Below, one piece after another: positions 31,281 to 45,069 of a stretch of 64,000 nt of DNA. Positions within the stretch are counted from its first letter, which is position 1. Every line of letters starts with the position of its first letter. The position numbers were made by a program, and so were the translations under genes. The notes under the pieces are model-generated. The model did not search any database. It was not told where the DNA came from and was given only the letters and a program-made list of their open reading frames with translations. The DNA comes from the human T2T-CHM13v2.0 reference genome, Homo sapiens, in NCBI RefSeq assembly GCF_009914755.1, contig NC_060931.1. The stretch is one strand, 5' to 3'.

Positions 31281-34026
31281 AACAACAATTAATTGGGCAC
31301 CTGCTATACGCAAGTGTCCTCGTAAGTGTTACTGTGCTTCACACTCAGCTTTATGAAATGACTGGGTATTAGTACTGTCATCAAGCCCAGAAATCCAGAT
31401 AAGGACAAAGGAAACTTACCCAATGGCTAAGTTACTTGCCTGAGATCCCACCTCAGGTAGGTGGCAGCCAGGACATGAACTCAGTGTTTAAGGTTCCAAA
31501 ACCTATGGTTTTCCCTAGTCCCACCCAGTAAAACAGTCCCAGGGAGAGCTTTCAAAATTCTTTCTGAGGATATTGTGGAAATTTGAGGCAGATGCAGAGC
31601 CTGCTTTGTGGGGGTGGGCCTTCCTTAGGCCAGGACACTAAGCTTCTTTAGGGATCATTCCCTGGGCAACCTCAATCCCTTCTTAAAGAGAAGAGGAAGA
31701 GATTTTTTATGGACTAATGAGATTTTTACCTTCTGTTTAAGTTTATTAAATCTGAAAAACTTTCAATTTTAGAGCAAAGATGGATTCTCTCTCATCACCT
31801 CTTCTAGGGATTTTTTTTTTTAATTTGACATTACCTGACCATATAGAAGATATTCTCAAATGCTCTTGTGAAGGGGAGAGAGAGAACTGTTCACTTTCTA
31901 GGCTGGAAAAAGAGCAGCTGCCAACACAAGTGCATTAAGGTGCCTGCCCATGGTTATTTAACCTGCGACAATTTCTTTAAAAACTCCTGGAAATGTGTGG
32001 TGAGAAATGGCGAAACCTGTCATTACTCAAACCAAAAATGAACCATGATTCCATCTTCTGAGGGCTACCAAACAGCAATAGTAGCGAAATAAAAATGGAT
32101 GTCAGAGCTGGGAGCCTTGGCTAAGGTGTTCAGAGGGAGGATAATAAGATACCCAGGAAGAAAGAGGAAGGTTAGACTTCTTGACTTATTGTTTCCTTAC
32201 ACATCGTGGTGCCAGCAAGTACTTGTGATCTTAGGGGTTCATAAAAGTATTCTAGAATACACTTTTTATTCCCAGATAGTGCAGTAAATGTCCCAGGAGA
32301 ATTGATAAATGTCAAATTGGGCAGCATTTGAAGCTCAGTCTCTAGGGAACATTTTCTTTTTCAAATTCATATAGGGACACAATACAGATTTCCATCTTCT
32401 GTCTCTCTCTTTCTCCCCGTTTTTCTCCCCAGTAATTCCAAGGAGAAAAATCCTTGATAGAATGCAATAAGTTAATGTTCTGAGCTTGAATAGTGCTTCG
32501 ATTTGCTTTTCCCTCCCTCAGTCTTGTCTTCGGAGTTATATAAAACCTGACATAATCATTTTTGTTCATCAAGCTTTAAATTAAGTGCAATTTATGGATA
32601 ATTGCAATAATGTCTCTGATTCCTTTGTGCTGAAATCACCAGAGTGCTGCCCAATAGCCAATCCTGAAGATTTTGGATTGCTCCAAAGATCTTTTCTCCT
32701 GCCCTGTTTCCTTAAAAGGATAGATAAAGAGAAATCCTGACTATTTACTGGATTCCATGCCATATCCTCCTACCCCTCAGTGAATTCAAAACCCAGCAAC
32801 AGTCTAGCAACTTTGCAAATTTTTACTTGCCACAGTTACCTCAACCAAGTAAAACTTGATGCTGGAGGATGGGTGAGGAAGGAATAGAGAAGATTCTTAG
32901 ATTAATTGAGTTCAACCTACTAAAGCACCCAAGCTTACATGGTTTTTGAATTATTATTTGCAAATCTATATCCCACCAAGCAACCATAACTATATTATCA
33001 AGATGGAAGCCCAGCAGTTCCAATCCTAAGCAAGTACTTGTGCTTTTTTAAAAAAGGAGAAGTGGATTATTTGTTTGGTTAATTAGCTGTTGCCTCCTCA
33101 ACTGCTTAGAATTTTCTCATTGCACTAATTCAATTATCTAATTAACACCAAGACGATATGGTTCTGCAATGCATTTCACTTATGCTTCATGTGTATTCTC
33201 TCATTTCTTTATCGTAACTGTACATAGGCTAGCTTTCCTATTATCTTATTATCCCTATTTTCTACATGAGAAAAACAAGGTTCATAGCAGTAATGCAAAT
33301 TAAGACAGAGACCAAAGTTTAGGCTTTGACATTTGATTCTACATGTGACTCTCTATTACATGGGCTAAGTCAGATAGGGTCTTCAGCTTGTTTGAAAATT
33401 CTTTAATGAGAGATGCTTTTAAGCCACTTTAAAAAATTTCAAGCTAGTATATTGATAGTTGGTTTCATTCCTTAACAGGTAGAATGCGTGTCTGCAAACT
33501 ACTAAATTTAAAGACTAAGAGAGGAGGAATACCATGGGGTTTATCCTACCCAGAGACTAGCACAGTTCCCTGCACAAAGAGGGTGATCTATTGATATTTC
33601 ACAAATGAATGAATTTCTGGGTAGTTATTATAAAACATCGTTATTTTACTTTAAAACATAACTAAGATAAAATTATATCCCAATTTCAAAAATATAAATA
33701 TTAGCATATGGATAAGAAATCTAGAAAAACATACAACAGATTTTTAATATCTGACACGTGATTAAAAAAGAACAAAATGAATGAGAATAAAACACATTAC
33801 AGAGCCTTTGTGCAGTGAGTGTAGACAGACTTTTTTTTAAATCCCAGATCTTCCACTGTCCACAGTATGGTTTTGAGCAAGTTACTTAAGCCCTTTGCAC
33901 CTCATTTTTGTCACTTGACAAACAGGGATAATTATAAGAGTGTATACTTCATAGTATTGCTGTACTAATTAAATAAATAATGTGTATATAGTATCAAGCA
34001 ATTAGCTATCAAGCAATTAGCTAGTA

Positions 34027-34317
34027 TTTTTTTTTTTTTTTTTTTTTAAGACAGAAGGTCTCTCTCTGTTGCCCAGGCACAATCATAGCTCACTGCATCC
34101 TTGAACTCCTGGGCTCAAGTAATCCTCCCACCCTAGCCTCCCAAGTAGCCAAGACTACAGGCACACAGCCATTACACCCAGCTAATTATTTTATTTTTTG
34201 TACAGACAGGTCTCACTAAGTTGCTCAGGCTGGTCTCGAACTCCTGGCCTCAAATGATCCTCTTGTCTTGGTCTCCCAAAGTGCTAAGATTACAGGCATG
34301 AACCACCATGCCTGGCC
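34027..34317 (-). mobile_element. Alu (AluJ-type)
   Basis: Poly(T) followed by reverse Alu. Confidence 0.95.
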
Positions 34318-35492
34318 AGCTATTCTTACTATTGTCATCATGTCATTTCTCCTCAGTTCACATTTCTGTGACCTGAGTATCACCATGCCATGACCTACTT
34401 TCATTGGCAAATATAATGGAAAGCTGACTACAATCGCAAACATCAGTAGCATTACACACATGAAATGTGAGAACTAGAACTTTGGTTTCTCCATCCTTCT
34501 CTCTTAACCCACAAAGGAAGCAGCAAGGGAATTGCTGAGCCTATAGTTATATGGAAGAAGAAAGAAGGCAACTGCCTGCAGCCCATCTGGCATGTGCCAA
34601 TGGCAGATGGAGAGATGGCACACATGCCTTTTGCTATGGGTCTTTGTCCCAATTTCTTTATTTTATGGCTTATTTATATCTTTGGGTGGGGAGAGAAAAC
34701 CTGTCCACATTCTACCTACCAAGTGCATTCTAGAAATTTCATGTTAAATCATTGTTCACTAACTTCCAGAGCCAAGTCAAGAGAGTGCAGTAAACAATAT
34801 CTAATTTTGTTACTTTTTGTTTTTTAGCAACCAAGAAGTCAACCAGAGAAATTTTAGCACTGGGACAACAGGCCCCATGGAGGGGTGAGGAGAGAGTGAG
34901 GGACTGAAAATTGCAGGATTATAAATCTGCATACTTAACAGTAAGGTATCACTCTCCTGCTCAGATCCCAGAATTTCCACAATCAGGTTGACTATACTCC
35001 CATGGGAGGTTAGAAGATTCTTCTCTGGAAAAACTCAATAGACTTAGCGAAAAACATCTTCAAATGTTGACATCAGGGGATTATCCAGTAAAGGACTGTC
35101 AACTTCCTGATCCCCGCTAGGAGCCTACCAATCAACAAGGCTCATCCAGGGACATGGAGCTTCCAACCGGAGAATGGACTTTTTCAATATAATTGGCAAT
35201 GAAAGATTACCTGGTATTTGGGGAAAGCTTCTAACATGCAAAACAGAGATACAAGCAAATAACAAAAAGGAACTTGGAGGCCAGAAACAGTGCTGGAAAT
35301 AGAAAACTTCTCCATAAACAAAAAACAGTGGTAAGAGAAGATATTGCAACTATGAGATAAGAGCAATCACAAAACAAAGAACCCTGGAAAATTATAAAAC
35401 TGAAAGCCAAACCAAAGAAGAAAATGTCAAGTAAGTGTCCAAGAAAGTTCACCAAAAAGCAAATCAGAGAAAACAATGTTAAAACTATTAAT

Positions 35493-35789
35493 ATTTTTAT
35501 TTTTGAGACAGGGTCTCACCCTGTCACCTAAGCTGGACTGCAGTAGCACAATCATGTCTCACTGCAGCCTCAACCTCCCAGGCTTCAGCAATCCTCTCAC
35601 CTCAGCCTCCCAAGTAGCTGGGGTTACAGGCATGTACCACCACGCCCAGCTAATTGTTTTTTATTATTTGTAGAGATGGGGTCTCACTATGTTGCCCAGG
35701 CTGGTTTCAATCTCCTGGGCTCAAGTGATCCTCCCGCCTCAAACTCCCAAAGTGCTGGGATTACAGGAATAAGCCACTGCGCTCAGCCA
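35493..35789 (-). mobile_element. Alu (AluJ-type)
   Basis: Reverse Alu; TSD-like acaatgttaaaa / acaatattaaaa. Confidence 0.95.
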
Positions 35790-35824
35790 ACAATATTAAA
35801 ATTAGAGTATCAGTCTAGGAGGTC

Positions 35825-36330
35825 TGTGTCAGAAAGCTTAGGTTTGGGTACATATAACAGAAAACCAAAGATAATAGTGGCTTAAATGCACAAGGATTTA
35901 TTCTCTCTCAAATGGAGATAGGCAAGCTAAGGTTAATATGGCAGCTCCAGAGAGATTGCCTCTATCTTTTTATTCTGCCTTTTTCAGCATGTGGCTACTA
36001 TCCTCAAATTCACATCATAGTCTAAAGTATGCTGGAGCTCTGGCCATCCTGTCTGCATTCCAGTATCAGGAAAGAGGAAGCCAGGCAGGACATAGGGACA
36101 GCTGGCCAGGTCAGTGCCAAAAGCAATTTTCCAAGAAATCCTATACCAATACCTCCACTGATGTCTTATTGGCCAGAACAGTAATCTGGTTCCCTCTAGC
36201 TGCAAAGGAGTCTGGGAAATGTATTCTTTTATCTGGGTACTTTACCACAGCCAACTAATAAGTGTTTTCCTACTAAGGAAGAAAGGGAGGATATAAATAT
36301 ATTTAGGTAGGCAATAGCAGTCTTTATTAC
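35825..36330 (-). mobile_element. Old MLT1-type LTR remnant
   Basis: ataacagaaaaccaaagataatagtggcttaa...cttattggccagaac...ctagctgcaaaggagtctgggaaatgta. Confidence 0.65.
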
Positions 36331-36640
36331 AGGGTCCCATTTCTGGTTAACAGGAAGTCTGTGAAGAGTGACTAGAGAAAATGGATAGGAGGAAATTACT
36401 CAGAATTCATATAAGGAAAATATATTTCCAGATGGATGGACTGCTAAGGATCAAGCATAATGAATAAGAAAGGATCCCACCAAGGCCCATCCTTATAAGA
36501 TTTCAGATTACTGGACACAAAGAGAAGATCCAGGCTAAGTTCACAAACAGTGGATCAGGGCTAAGGATGGCAAGGGACTCTCAGCAGCACCCCTGGGAAC
36601 TAGAAGATAGTGGAACAGCACCGTTAAAATTCTCAGGAAC

Positions 36641-37029
<389 letters not shown>

Positions 37030-37102
37030 CTAAGAAAAAAGAGAATGTGGAATTTAGGAAACAGTGGAGCCAACATGGGAGGAAGGATGAAGGAATTCCC
37101 AG

Positions 37103-37900
37103 TGATATGGGAGGGAGACAGGGAAGTGCTGGGTAGAGAAGGGCAGGGTCCCTAGCGAGGACTTCACCATCGGGTTTGTGCCCACGGACCTAAGTGAGAG
37201 CAGGCACTCCAGTTTTTGTGCCCAAATGTTGCATTTTCAAAGACTACTGTGACCTGCCACGCCCCCCATCCTGTGTCTATACAAACTCAAGACAGTAACA
37301 GGCATAGACACAAGCAGCTGGACGAGCAGAGGAGCAGAAGAGCACACCAACAGGCACCAGCAGACACTTGGAGGCCATCGATGGCAGGCGACATGGAATT
37401 CAGTGGGGGGCGGTTGGAGGAAAGTCTGGGCTCTGGGCGGCCTGATTCCAGGGAAGACCACCTTCCCACTCCATCCCCCTTTTAGCCTCCCCATCCATCT
37501 CACCAAGAGCTACTTCCACCAGTAAAGGACAATAAAAGTCAATAAAACCTTGTACCCATCCTCCAAGCCCACATGTGGGCTTTCCAGTACACTAGGGCAA
37601 GAACCCAGGACACAGAAAGCCCTCTGTCCTTGCAATAAGACAGAAGATCTAATTGAGCTGATTAACACAAGCTGCCTGTGGACGGCAAAACTGAAAGAGC
37701 ACACTGTTAACACATGCCCACTGGGGCTTCAGGAGTTGTAAACACTCAACCCTAGACACTGCCATGGAGTTGGAGACCATGCTTCCCATGACCTGCCTGT
37801 CTGCATGCTCCCCATAGGGGTTTGAGCAGGGGGGCACCAAAGAAGAGAGCCACGCCCTGTCACAAGTTCTGCCAGGGGGATAAGGAAACTTCCCATTCCA
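37103..37900 (+). mobile_element. ERV1 solo LTR, LTR1/LTR27-like
   Basis: TG...CA termini, 4-bp TSD CCAG, AATAAA at ~37531/37541, homologous to the LTR at 54811. Confidence 0.85.
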
Positions 37901-38018
37901 CCAGAATGGCAGCTGTTTAGCAGGCCTAGGGAGCAGCCAGCCCAGTTTAGAGTAGGAGAAAATAATGGATAGATTATTTGAAATTTACACTGTAAAACTA
38001 GGGGTGGAAGAAAATTTA

Positions 38019-38671
<653 letters not shown>

Positions 38672-38833
38672 ATTTAAGCAATTACAAAAGCAAATCTTCA
38701 TCTACCATGATACAAGTTAGATGATAACGTCTAAAACGTTTGAGAAACGATTGAGAAATAGAAGTTTATGCATATTTATAAACACATAGATGCAGACAAC
38801 AAAAGAAAAAAAACAAAAATAGAGAGTGGTTGC

Positions 38834-39233
38834 TGTCAGGCCTCTGAGCCCAAGCCAAGCCATTGCATCCCCTGTGACCTGTACATATATATCCAGATGG
38901 CCTGAAGTAACTGAAGATCCACAAAAGAAGTAAAAATAGCCTTAACTGATGACATTCCACCATTGTGATTTGTTTCCGCCCCACCCTAACTGATCAATGT
39001 ACTTTGTAATTCTCCCCACCCTTGAGAATGTACTTTGTGAGATCCACCCCTGCCCGCAAAACATTGTTCTTAACTTCACCGCCTATCCCAAAACCTATAA
39101 GAACTAATGATAATCCACCACCCTTTGCTGACTCTCTTTTTGGACTCAGCCCACCTGCACCCAGGTGAAATAAACAGCCATGTTGCTCACACAAAGCCTG
39201 TTTGGTGGTCTCTTCACACAGACGCGCATGAAA
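38834..39233 (+). promoter_or_regulatory. HERV-H 5' LTR (LTR7), promoter
   Basis: tgtcaggcctctgagcccaagc...gcgcatgaaa; TATA-like cctataagaac at ~39094; AATAAA at ~39169. Confidence 0.97.
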
Positions 39234-39235
39234 TT

Positions 39236-39253
39236 TGGTGCCGTGACTCAGAT
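39236..39253 (+). other. Primer-binding site (tRNA-His)
   Basis: tggtgccgtgactcagat, one mismatch to the canonical tggtgccgtgactcggat. Confidence 0.93.
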
Positions 39254-39376
39254 TGGGGGACCTCCCTTGGGAGATCAATCCCCCGTCCTCCTGCTCTTTG
39301 CTCCATGAGAAAGATCCACCTACGACCTCAGGTCCTCAGACCGACCAGCCCAAGAAACATCTCACCAATTTCAAAT

Positions 39377-39385
39377 CCGGTAAGT
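39377..39385 (+). promoter_or_regulatory. HERV-H major splice donor CCG|GTAAGT
   Basis: Consensus donor ~146 nt after the 5' LTR, at the known HERV-H donor position. Confidence 0.85.
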
Positions 39386-39982
39386 GGCCTCTTTTTACTC
39401 TCTTCTCCAACCTCCCTCACTATCCCTCAACCTCTTTCTCCTTTCATTCTTGGCGCCACACTTCAATCTCTCCCTTCTCTTGATTTCAATTCCTTTCATT
39501 TTCTGGTAGAGACAAAGGAGACACATTTTATCTGTGGACCCAAAACTCCGGCGCCGGTCACGGACTGGGAAGGCAGCCTTCCCTTGGTGTTTAACCATTG
39601 CAGGGACGCCTCTCTGATCATTCACCCACGTTTCAGCGGTGTCAGACCACGCAGGGACGCCTGCCTTGGTCCTTCACCCTTAGCAGCAAGTCCCACTTTT
39701 CTGGGGGAGGGGCAAGAACCCCAGCTCCTTCTCTCCATGTCTCTACCCCTTCTCTGATTTTCTGGGGCAGAGGCAAGAACCCCCCAACCCCTTCTCCTTC
39801 ACCCTTAGCAGCAAGTCCTGCTTTTCTGGGGGAGGGGCAAGTACCCCAACCTTGTATCTCTGCACCCCAATCCCTTATTTCCATGCCCCAACCCCTTTCC
39901 CGCTTTTCTGGAGGATAAGAACCCCCAAACCCCTTCCCTCCATGTCTCTATGCTCCCTTTTCTCTGGGCTTGCCTCCTTCAC

Positions 39983-41140
39983 TATGGGCAACCTTCCTAC
40001 ATTCCTCCTTCTTCTCCCTTAGCCTGTGTTCTCAAGAACTTAAAACCTCTTCAACTCACACCTGACCTAAAACCTAAATGCCTTATTTTCTTCTGCAATG
40101 CCGCTTGACCCAATACGAACTCGACAGTAGTTCCAAATAGCCAGAAAATGGCACTTTGAATTTTTCCATCCTGCAAGATCTAAATAATTCTTGTCATAAA
40201 ATAGGCAAACGGTCTGAGGTGCCTGACGTCCAGGCATTCTTTTACACATCAGTCCCTTCCTAGTCTCTGTGCCCAGTGCAACTCGTCCCAAATCTTCCTT
40301 CCCCTCAGTCCCAACCCCAAGCGTCACTGAGTCTTTCTAATCTTCCTTTTCTACAGACCTATCTGACCTCTCCCCTCCTTGCCAGGCCGAGCTAGGTCCC
40401 AATTCTTCCTCAGCCTCCGCTCCTCCACCCTATAATCCTATCACCTCCCCTCCTCACACCAGGTCTGGCTTACAGTTTCGTTCTGTGGGAGGCCCCACCT
40501 GCCCAGCAATTTATTCTTAAAAAGGTGGCTGGAGCTAAAGGCATAGTCAAGGTTAACACTCCTTTTTCTTTATCCCAAATCAGATAGCGTTTAGGCTCTT
40601 TTTCATCAAATATAAAAATCCAGCCCAGTTCATGACTTGTTCGGCAGCAACCCTGAGACACTTTACAGCCCTAGACCCTAAAAGGTCAAAGGGCCGTCTT
40701 ATTCTCAAAATACATTTTATTACCCAATCTGCTCCCGACATTAAATAAAACTCCAAAAATTAAATTCTGACCCTCAAACCCCACAACAGGATTTAATTAA
40801 CCTCGCCTTCGAGGTGTACAATAATAGAAAAAAGTTGCAATTCCTTGCCTCCACTGTGAGACAAACCCCAGCCACATCTCCAGCATACAAGAACTTCCAA
40901 AGGCCTGAACTGCAGCGGCCAGGCGTTCCTCCAGAACCTCCTCCCCCAGGAGCTTGCTACAAGTGCCAGAAATCTGACCACCAGGCCAAGGAATGCCTGC
41001 AGGCCAGGATTCCTCCTAAGCCGTGTCCCATCTGTGCGGGACCCCACTGGAAATCGGACTGTTCAACTCACCTGGCAGCCACTCCCAGAGCCCCTGGAAC
41101 TCTGGCCCAAGGCTCTCTGACTGACTCCTTCTCGGCTTAG
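39983..41140 (+). pseudogene. gag: HERV-H gag remnant
   Basis: atgggcaacctt start; two CCHC knuckles (CYKCQKSDHQAKEC, CPICAGPHWKSDC) in ORF 40814-41140; upstream part broken. Confidence 0.85.
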
Positions 41141-41570
41141 CGGCTGAAGACTGACGCTGCCCGATCGCCTCTGAAGCTCCACAGACCATCACGGACACCG
41201 AGCTTTGGGTAACTCTCACAGTGGAGGGTAAGTCCATCCCCTGTTTAATCGAAACCGGGACTACGCACTCCACGTTGCCTGCTTTTCAAGGGCCTGTTTC
41301 CCTTGCCTCCATAACTGTTGTGAGTATTGACAGCCAGGCTTCTAAACCCCTGAAAACTCCCCCACTCTGGTGCCAACTTGGACAACACTCTTTTATGCAC
41401 TGCTTTTTAGTTATCCCCACCTGCCCAGTTCCCTTATTAGGCCGAGATATTTTAACCAAATTATCTGCTTCCCTGACTATTCCTGGACTACAGCTACATC
41501 TCATTGCTGTCCTTCTCCCCAACGCAAAGCCTCCTTCGCGTCTTCCTCTCATATCCCCCCCACCTTAACC
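41141..41570 (+). pseudogene. pro: HERV-H protease remnant
   Basis: LIETGTTHS (catalytic DTG changed to ETG) and PLLGRDIL. Confidence 0.9.
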
Positions 41571-43719
41571 CACAAGTATGGGACATCTCTACTCCTTCCC
41601 TGGCAACTGATCACATGCCCGTTACCATCCCATTAAAACCTAATCACCCTTACCCCGCTCAACGCCAATATCCCATCCCACAGCACGCTTTAAAAGGATT
41701 AAAGCCTGTTATCACTCGCCTGCTACAGCATGGGCTTCTAAAACCTATAAACTCTCCTTACAATTCCCCCATTTTACCTGTCCAAAAACTGGACAAGTCT
41801 TACAGATTAGTTCAGAATCTGCGCCTTATCAACAAAATTGTTTCGCCTATCCATCCTGTGGTGCCCAACCCGTACACTCTTTTGTCCTCAATACCTTCCT
41901 CCACAACTCACTATTCCGTTCTCGATCTTAAAGATGCTTTTTTCACTATTCCCCTGCACCCCTCGTCCCAGCCTCTCTTTGCTTTCACTTAGACTGACCC
42001 TGACACCCATTAGGCTCAGCAAATTACCTGGGCTGTACTGCTGCAAGGCTTCATAGACAGCCCCCATTACTTCAGTCAAGCCCAAATTTCATCCTCATCT
42101 GTTACCTATCTCGGCATAATTATCATAAAAACACACGTGCTCTCCCTGCTGATCGTGTCCGATTAATCTCCCAAACCTCAATCCCTTACAAAACAACAGC
42201 TCCTTTCCTTCCTAGCTATGGTTAGTGCGGTCAGAATTCTTACACAAGAGCCAGGACCGCACCCTGTAACCTTTCTGTCCAAACAAACTGACCTTACTGT
42301 TTTAGCCTAGCCCTCATGTCTGCAGGCAGTGGCTGCCACTGCTTTAATACTTTTAGAGGCCCTAAAAATCACAAACTATGCTCAACTCACTCTCTACAGC
42401 TCTCATAATTTCCAAAATCTATTTTCTTACTCACACCTGACACATATACTTTCTGCTCCCTGGCTCCTTCAGCTGTACTCACTCTTCGTTAAGTCCCACA
42501 ATTACCATTGTTCCTGGCCCAGACTTCAATCCAGCCTCCCACATTATTCCAAATACCACACCTGACCCTCATGGCTGCATCTCTCTGATCCACCTGACGT
42601 TCCCCCCATTTCCCCATATTTCCTTCTTTCCTGTTCCTCACCCTGATCATGCTTGATTTATTGATGGCAGTTCCAAGGCCTAATCACCACACACCAGCAA
42701 AGGCAGGCTATGCTATAGTACAAGCCACTAGCCCGCCTCTTAGAACCTCTCATTTCCTTTCCATCGTGGAAATCTATCCTCAAGGAAATAACTTCTCAGT
42801 GTTCCATCTGCTATTCTACTACTTCTCAGGGATTATTCAGGCCCCCTCCCTTCCCTACACATCAAGCTTGAAGATTTGCCCCCACCCAGGACTGGCAAAT
42901 TAGCTTCACTCAACATGCCCCGAGTCAGATAACTAAAATACCTCTTAGTCTAAGTAGACACTTTCACTAGATAAGTAGAGGCCTTTCCTACAGGGTCTGA
43001 GAAGGCCACCGCAGTCATTTCTTCCCTTCTGTCAGACATAATTCTTCAGTTTAGCCTTCCCACCTCTATACAGTCTGATAACAGACCAGCCTTTACTAGT
43101 CAAATCACCCAAGCAGTTTCTCAGGCTCTTGGTATTCAGTGGAACCTTCATATCCCTTATCATCCTCAATCTTCAGGAAAGGTAGAACGGACTAATGGTC
43201 TTTTAAAGGTACACCTCACCAAGCTCAGCCTCCAACTTAAAAAGGATTGGACAGTACTTTTACCTCTTGCTCTTCTCAGAATTAGAGCCTGTCCTCGAGA
43301 TGCTACAGGGTACATTTGAACTTTTATATGGACGCACTTTCTTGCTTGGCCCCAACCTCATCCCAGACACCAGCCCTCTAGGCGACTATCTTCCAGTCCT
43401 CCAGCAGGCTAGACAGGCTGCTAATCTTCTCTTGCCTACTCCAGATCCCCAGCCATATGAAGACACCCTAGCTGGACGATCAGTTCTTGTTAAGAATCTG
43501 ACCCCTCAAACTCTACAACCTCGATGGACCGGACCCCACTTCATCATCTATAGTACCCCGACTGCCATCCGCCTGCAGGATCCTCCCCACTAGGTTCACC
43601 ATTCCAGAATAAAGCTGTGTCCGTAGGACAGCCAGCCTAATCCCTCCTCTTCCTCCTGGAAGTTGCAAGTACTCTCCCCTACTTCCCTTAAACTCACTCG
43701 TATTTCTGAAGAACAGTAA
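41571..43719 (+). pseudogene. pol: HERV-H pol remnant (RT/RNase H/IN), deleted and with stops
   Basis: SPYNSPILPVQK, LDLKDAFFTIPL; no YxDD seen; integrase motifs (SDN, YHPQSSGKVER, LQPRWTGP); only ~2.1 kb long. Confidence 0.92.
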
Positions 43720-43899
43720 TAACCCTTATGAGCCTAATACATCCCTTCATTCTATTAGGTCTGCTCGTCCTTACCCTACTTTTTGCAACAGGACTTTACC
43801 AAGTCACCCCCACCACTTAGGCCGAGTCCCAAAAAACTAGTCATCCCTACTATCTTCTGTCTGGTCATACTCTTATTCTCCATTCTCAACTACTTATAA

Positions 43900-45069
43900 A
43901 TGCCCTACTCTTGTTTACACCACTGGTTTACACTGTTTCTTCAAGCCATCACAGCTGATATCTCTTGGTGCTATCCCCAAACTGCCACTCTTAACTCCCT
44001 CTTAGAGTGGATAGATGATCTTTGCTGGCAAGGCACCCTCCAATACTTCCACCCTGATGAAGTTCTATTCTTTATTTTATACTCACTCTTATTCTCATTC
44101 CCATTCTTATGCCACCCTCTACCTCTCCCCAGCTATCTCCACCACACTATCAACCTTACCCATTCTCTCCTAGCCGCTTCTAATACCTCCTTAGTGAACA
44201 ACTGCTGGCTTTGCATTTCCCTTTCTTCCAGTGCCTACACAGCTGTCCCCGCCTTACAGGCAGACTGGGCAACATCTCCCATCTCCCTACACCTCCGAAC
44301 TTCCTTTAACAGCCCTCACCTTTACCCTCCTGAAGAACTCATTTACTTTCTAGACAGGTCCAGCAAGACTTCCCCAGACATTTCACATCAGCAAGCTGCC
44401 GCCCTCCTTCGCACTTATTTAAAAAACCTTTCTCCTTATATTAACTCTACTCCCCCCATATTCGGACCTCTCACAACACAAACTACTATTCCTGTGGCCA
44501 CTCCTTTATGTATCTCTCGGCAAAGACCCACTGGAATTCCCCTAGGTAACCTTTCACCTTCTCAATGTTCATTTACTCCTCATCTCCGAAGCCCAACTAC
44601 ACACATCACTGAAACAATTGGAGCCTTCCCGCTCCATGTTACAGACAAGCCCTCTATCAATACTGACAAACTTAAAAACATTAGCAGTAATTATTGCTTA
44701 GGAAGACACTTACCCTGTATTTCACTCCATCCTTGGCTACCTTCCCCTTGCTCATCAGACTCTCCTCCCAGGCCCTCTTCTTGTTTACTTATACCCAGCC
44801 CCGAAAATAACAGTGAAAGATTGCTCGTAGATACTCAACGTTTTCTCATACACCATGAAAATCGAACCTCCCCCTCTAAGCAGTTACCCCAATCAGTCCT
44901 CATTACAACCTCTGACAGCTGCCGCCCTAGCTGGATCCCTAGGACTCTAGGTACAAGACACCCCTTTCAGCTCTCCTTCTCATCTTTTTACTTTACATCT
45001 CCAGTTTTGCCTCGCACAAGGTCTCTTCTTCCTCTGTGGATCCTCTACCTACATGTGTCTACCTGCTAA
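43900..45069 (+). CDS. Candidate 389-aa ORF: novel N-terminus plus ~270 aa of HERV-H Env SU, no TM
   Basis: Open frame in the ORF track; SU sequence LYSLLFSF...RTSPSKQLP in frame; no evidence of expression. Confidence 0.3.
   Translation: MPYSCLHHWFTLFLQAITADISWCYPQTATLNSLLEWIDDLCWQGTLQYFHPDEVLFFILYSLLFSFPFLCHPLPLPSYLHHTINLTHSLLAASNTSLVNNCWLCISLSSSAYTAVPALQADWATSPISLHLRTSFNSPHLYPPEELIYFLDRSSKTSPDISHQQAAALLRTYLKNLSPYINSTPPIFGPLTTQTTIPVATPLCISRQRPTGIPLGNLSPSQCSFTPHLRSPTTHITETIGAFPLHVTDKPSINTDKLKNISSNYCLGRHLPCISLHPWLPSPCSSDSPPRPSSCLLIPSPENNSERLLVDTQRFLIHHENRTSPSKQLPQSVLITTSDSCRPSWIPRTLGTRHPFQLSFSSFYFTSPVLPRTRSLLPLWILYLHVSTC

Noticed and set aside
33992-34022. 15-bp tandem duplication (tatcaagcaattagc x2), and a similar one at ~1238-1283
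   Set aside because: Ordinary slippage duplications with no further structure.
39107-39918. 216-aa and 106-aa ORFs in the HERV-H LTR/leader
   Set aside because: Common open frames in the C-rich HERV-H leader with internal tandem repeats; no known protein.
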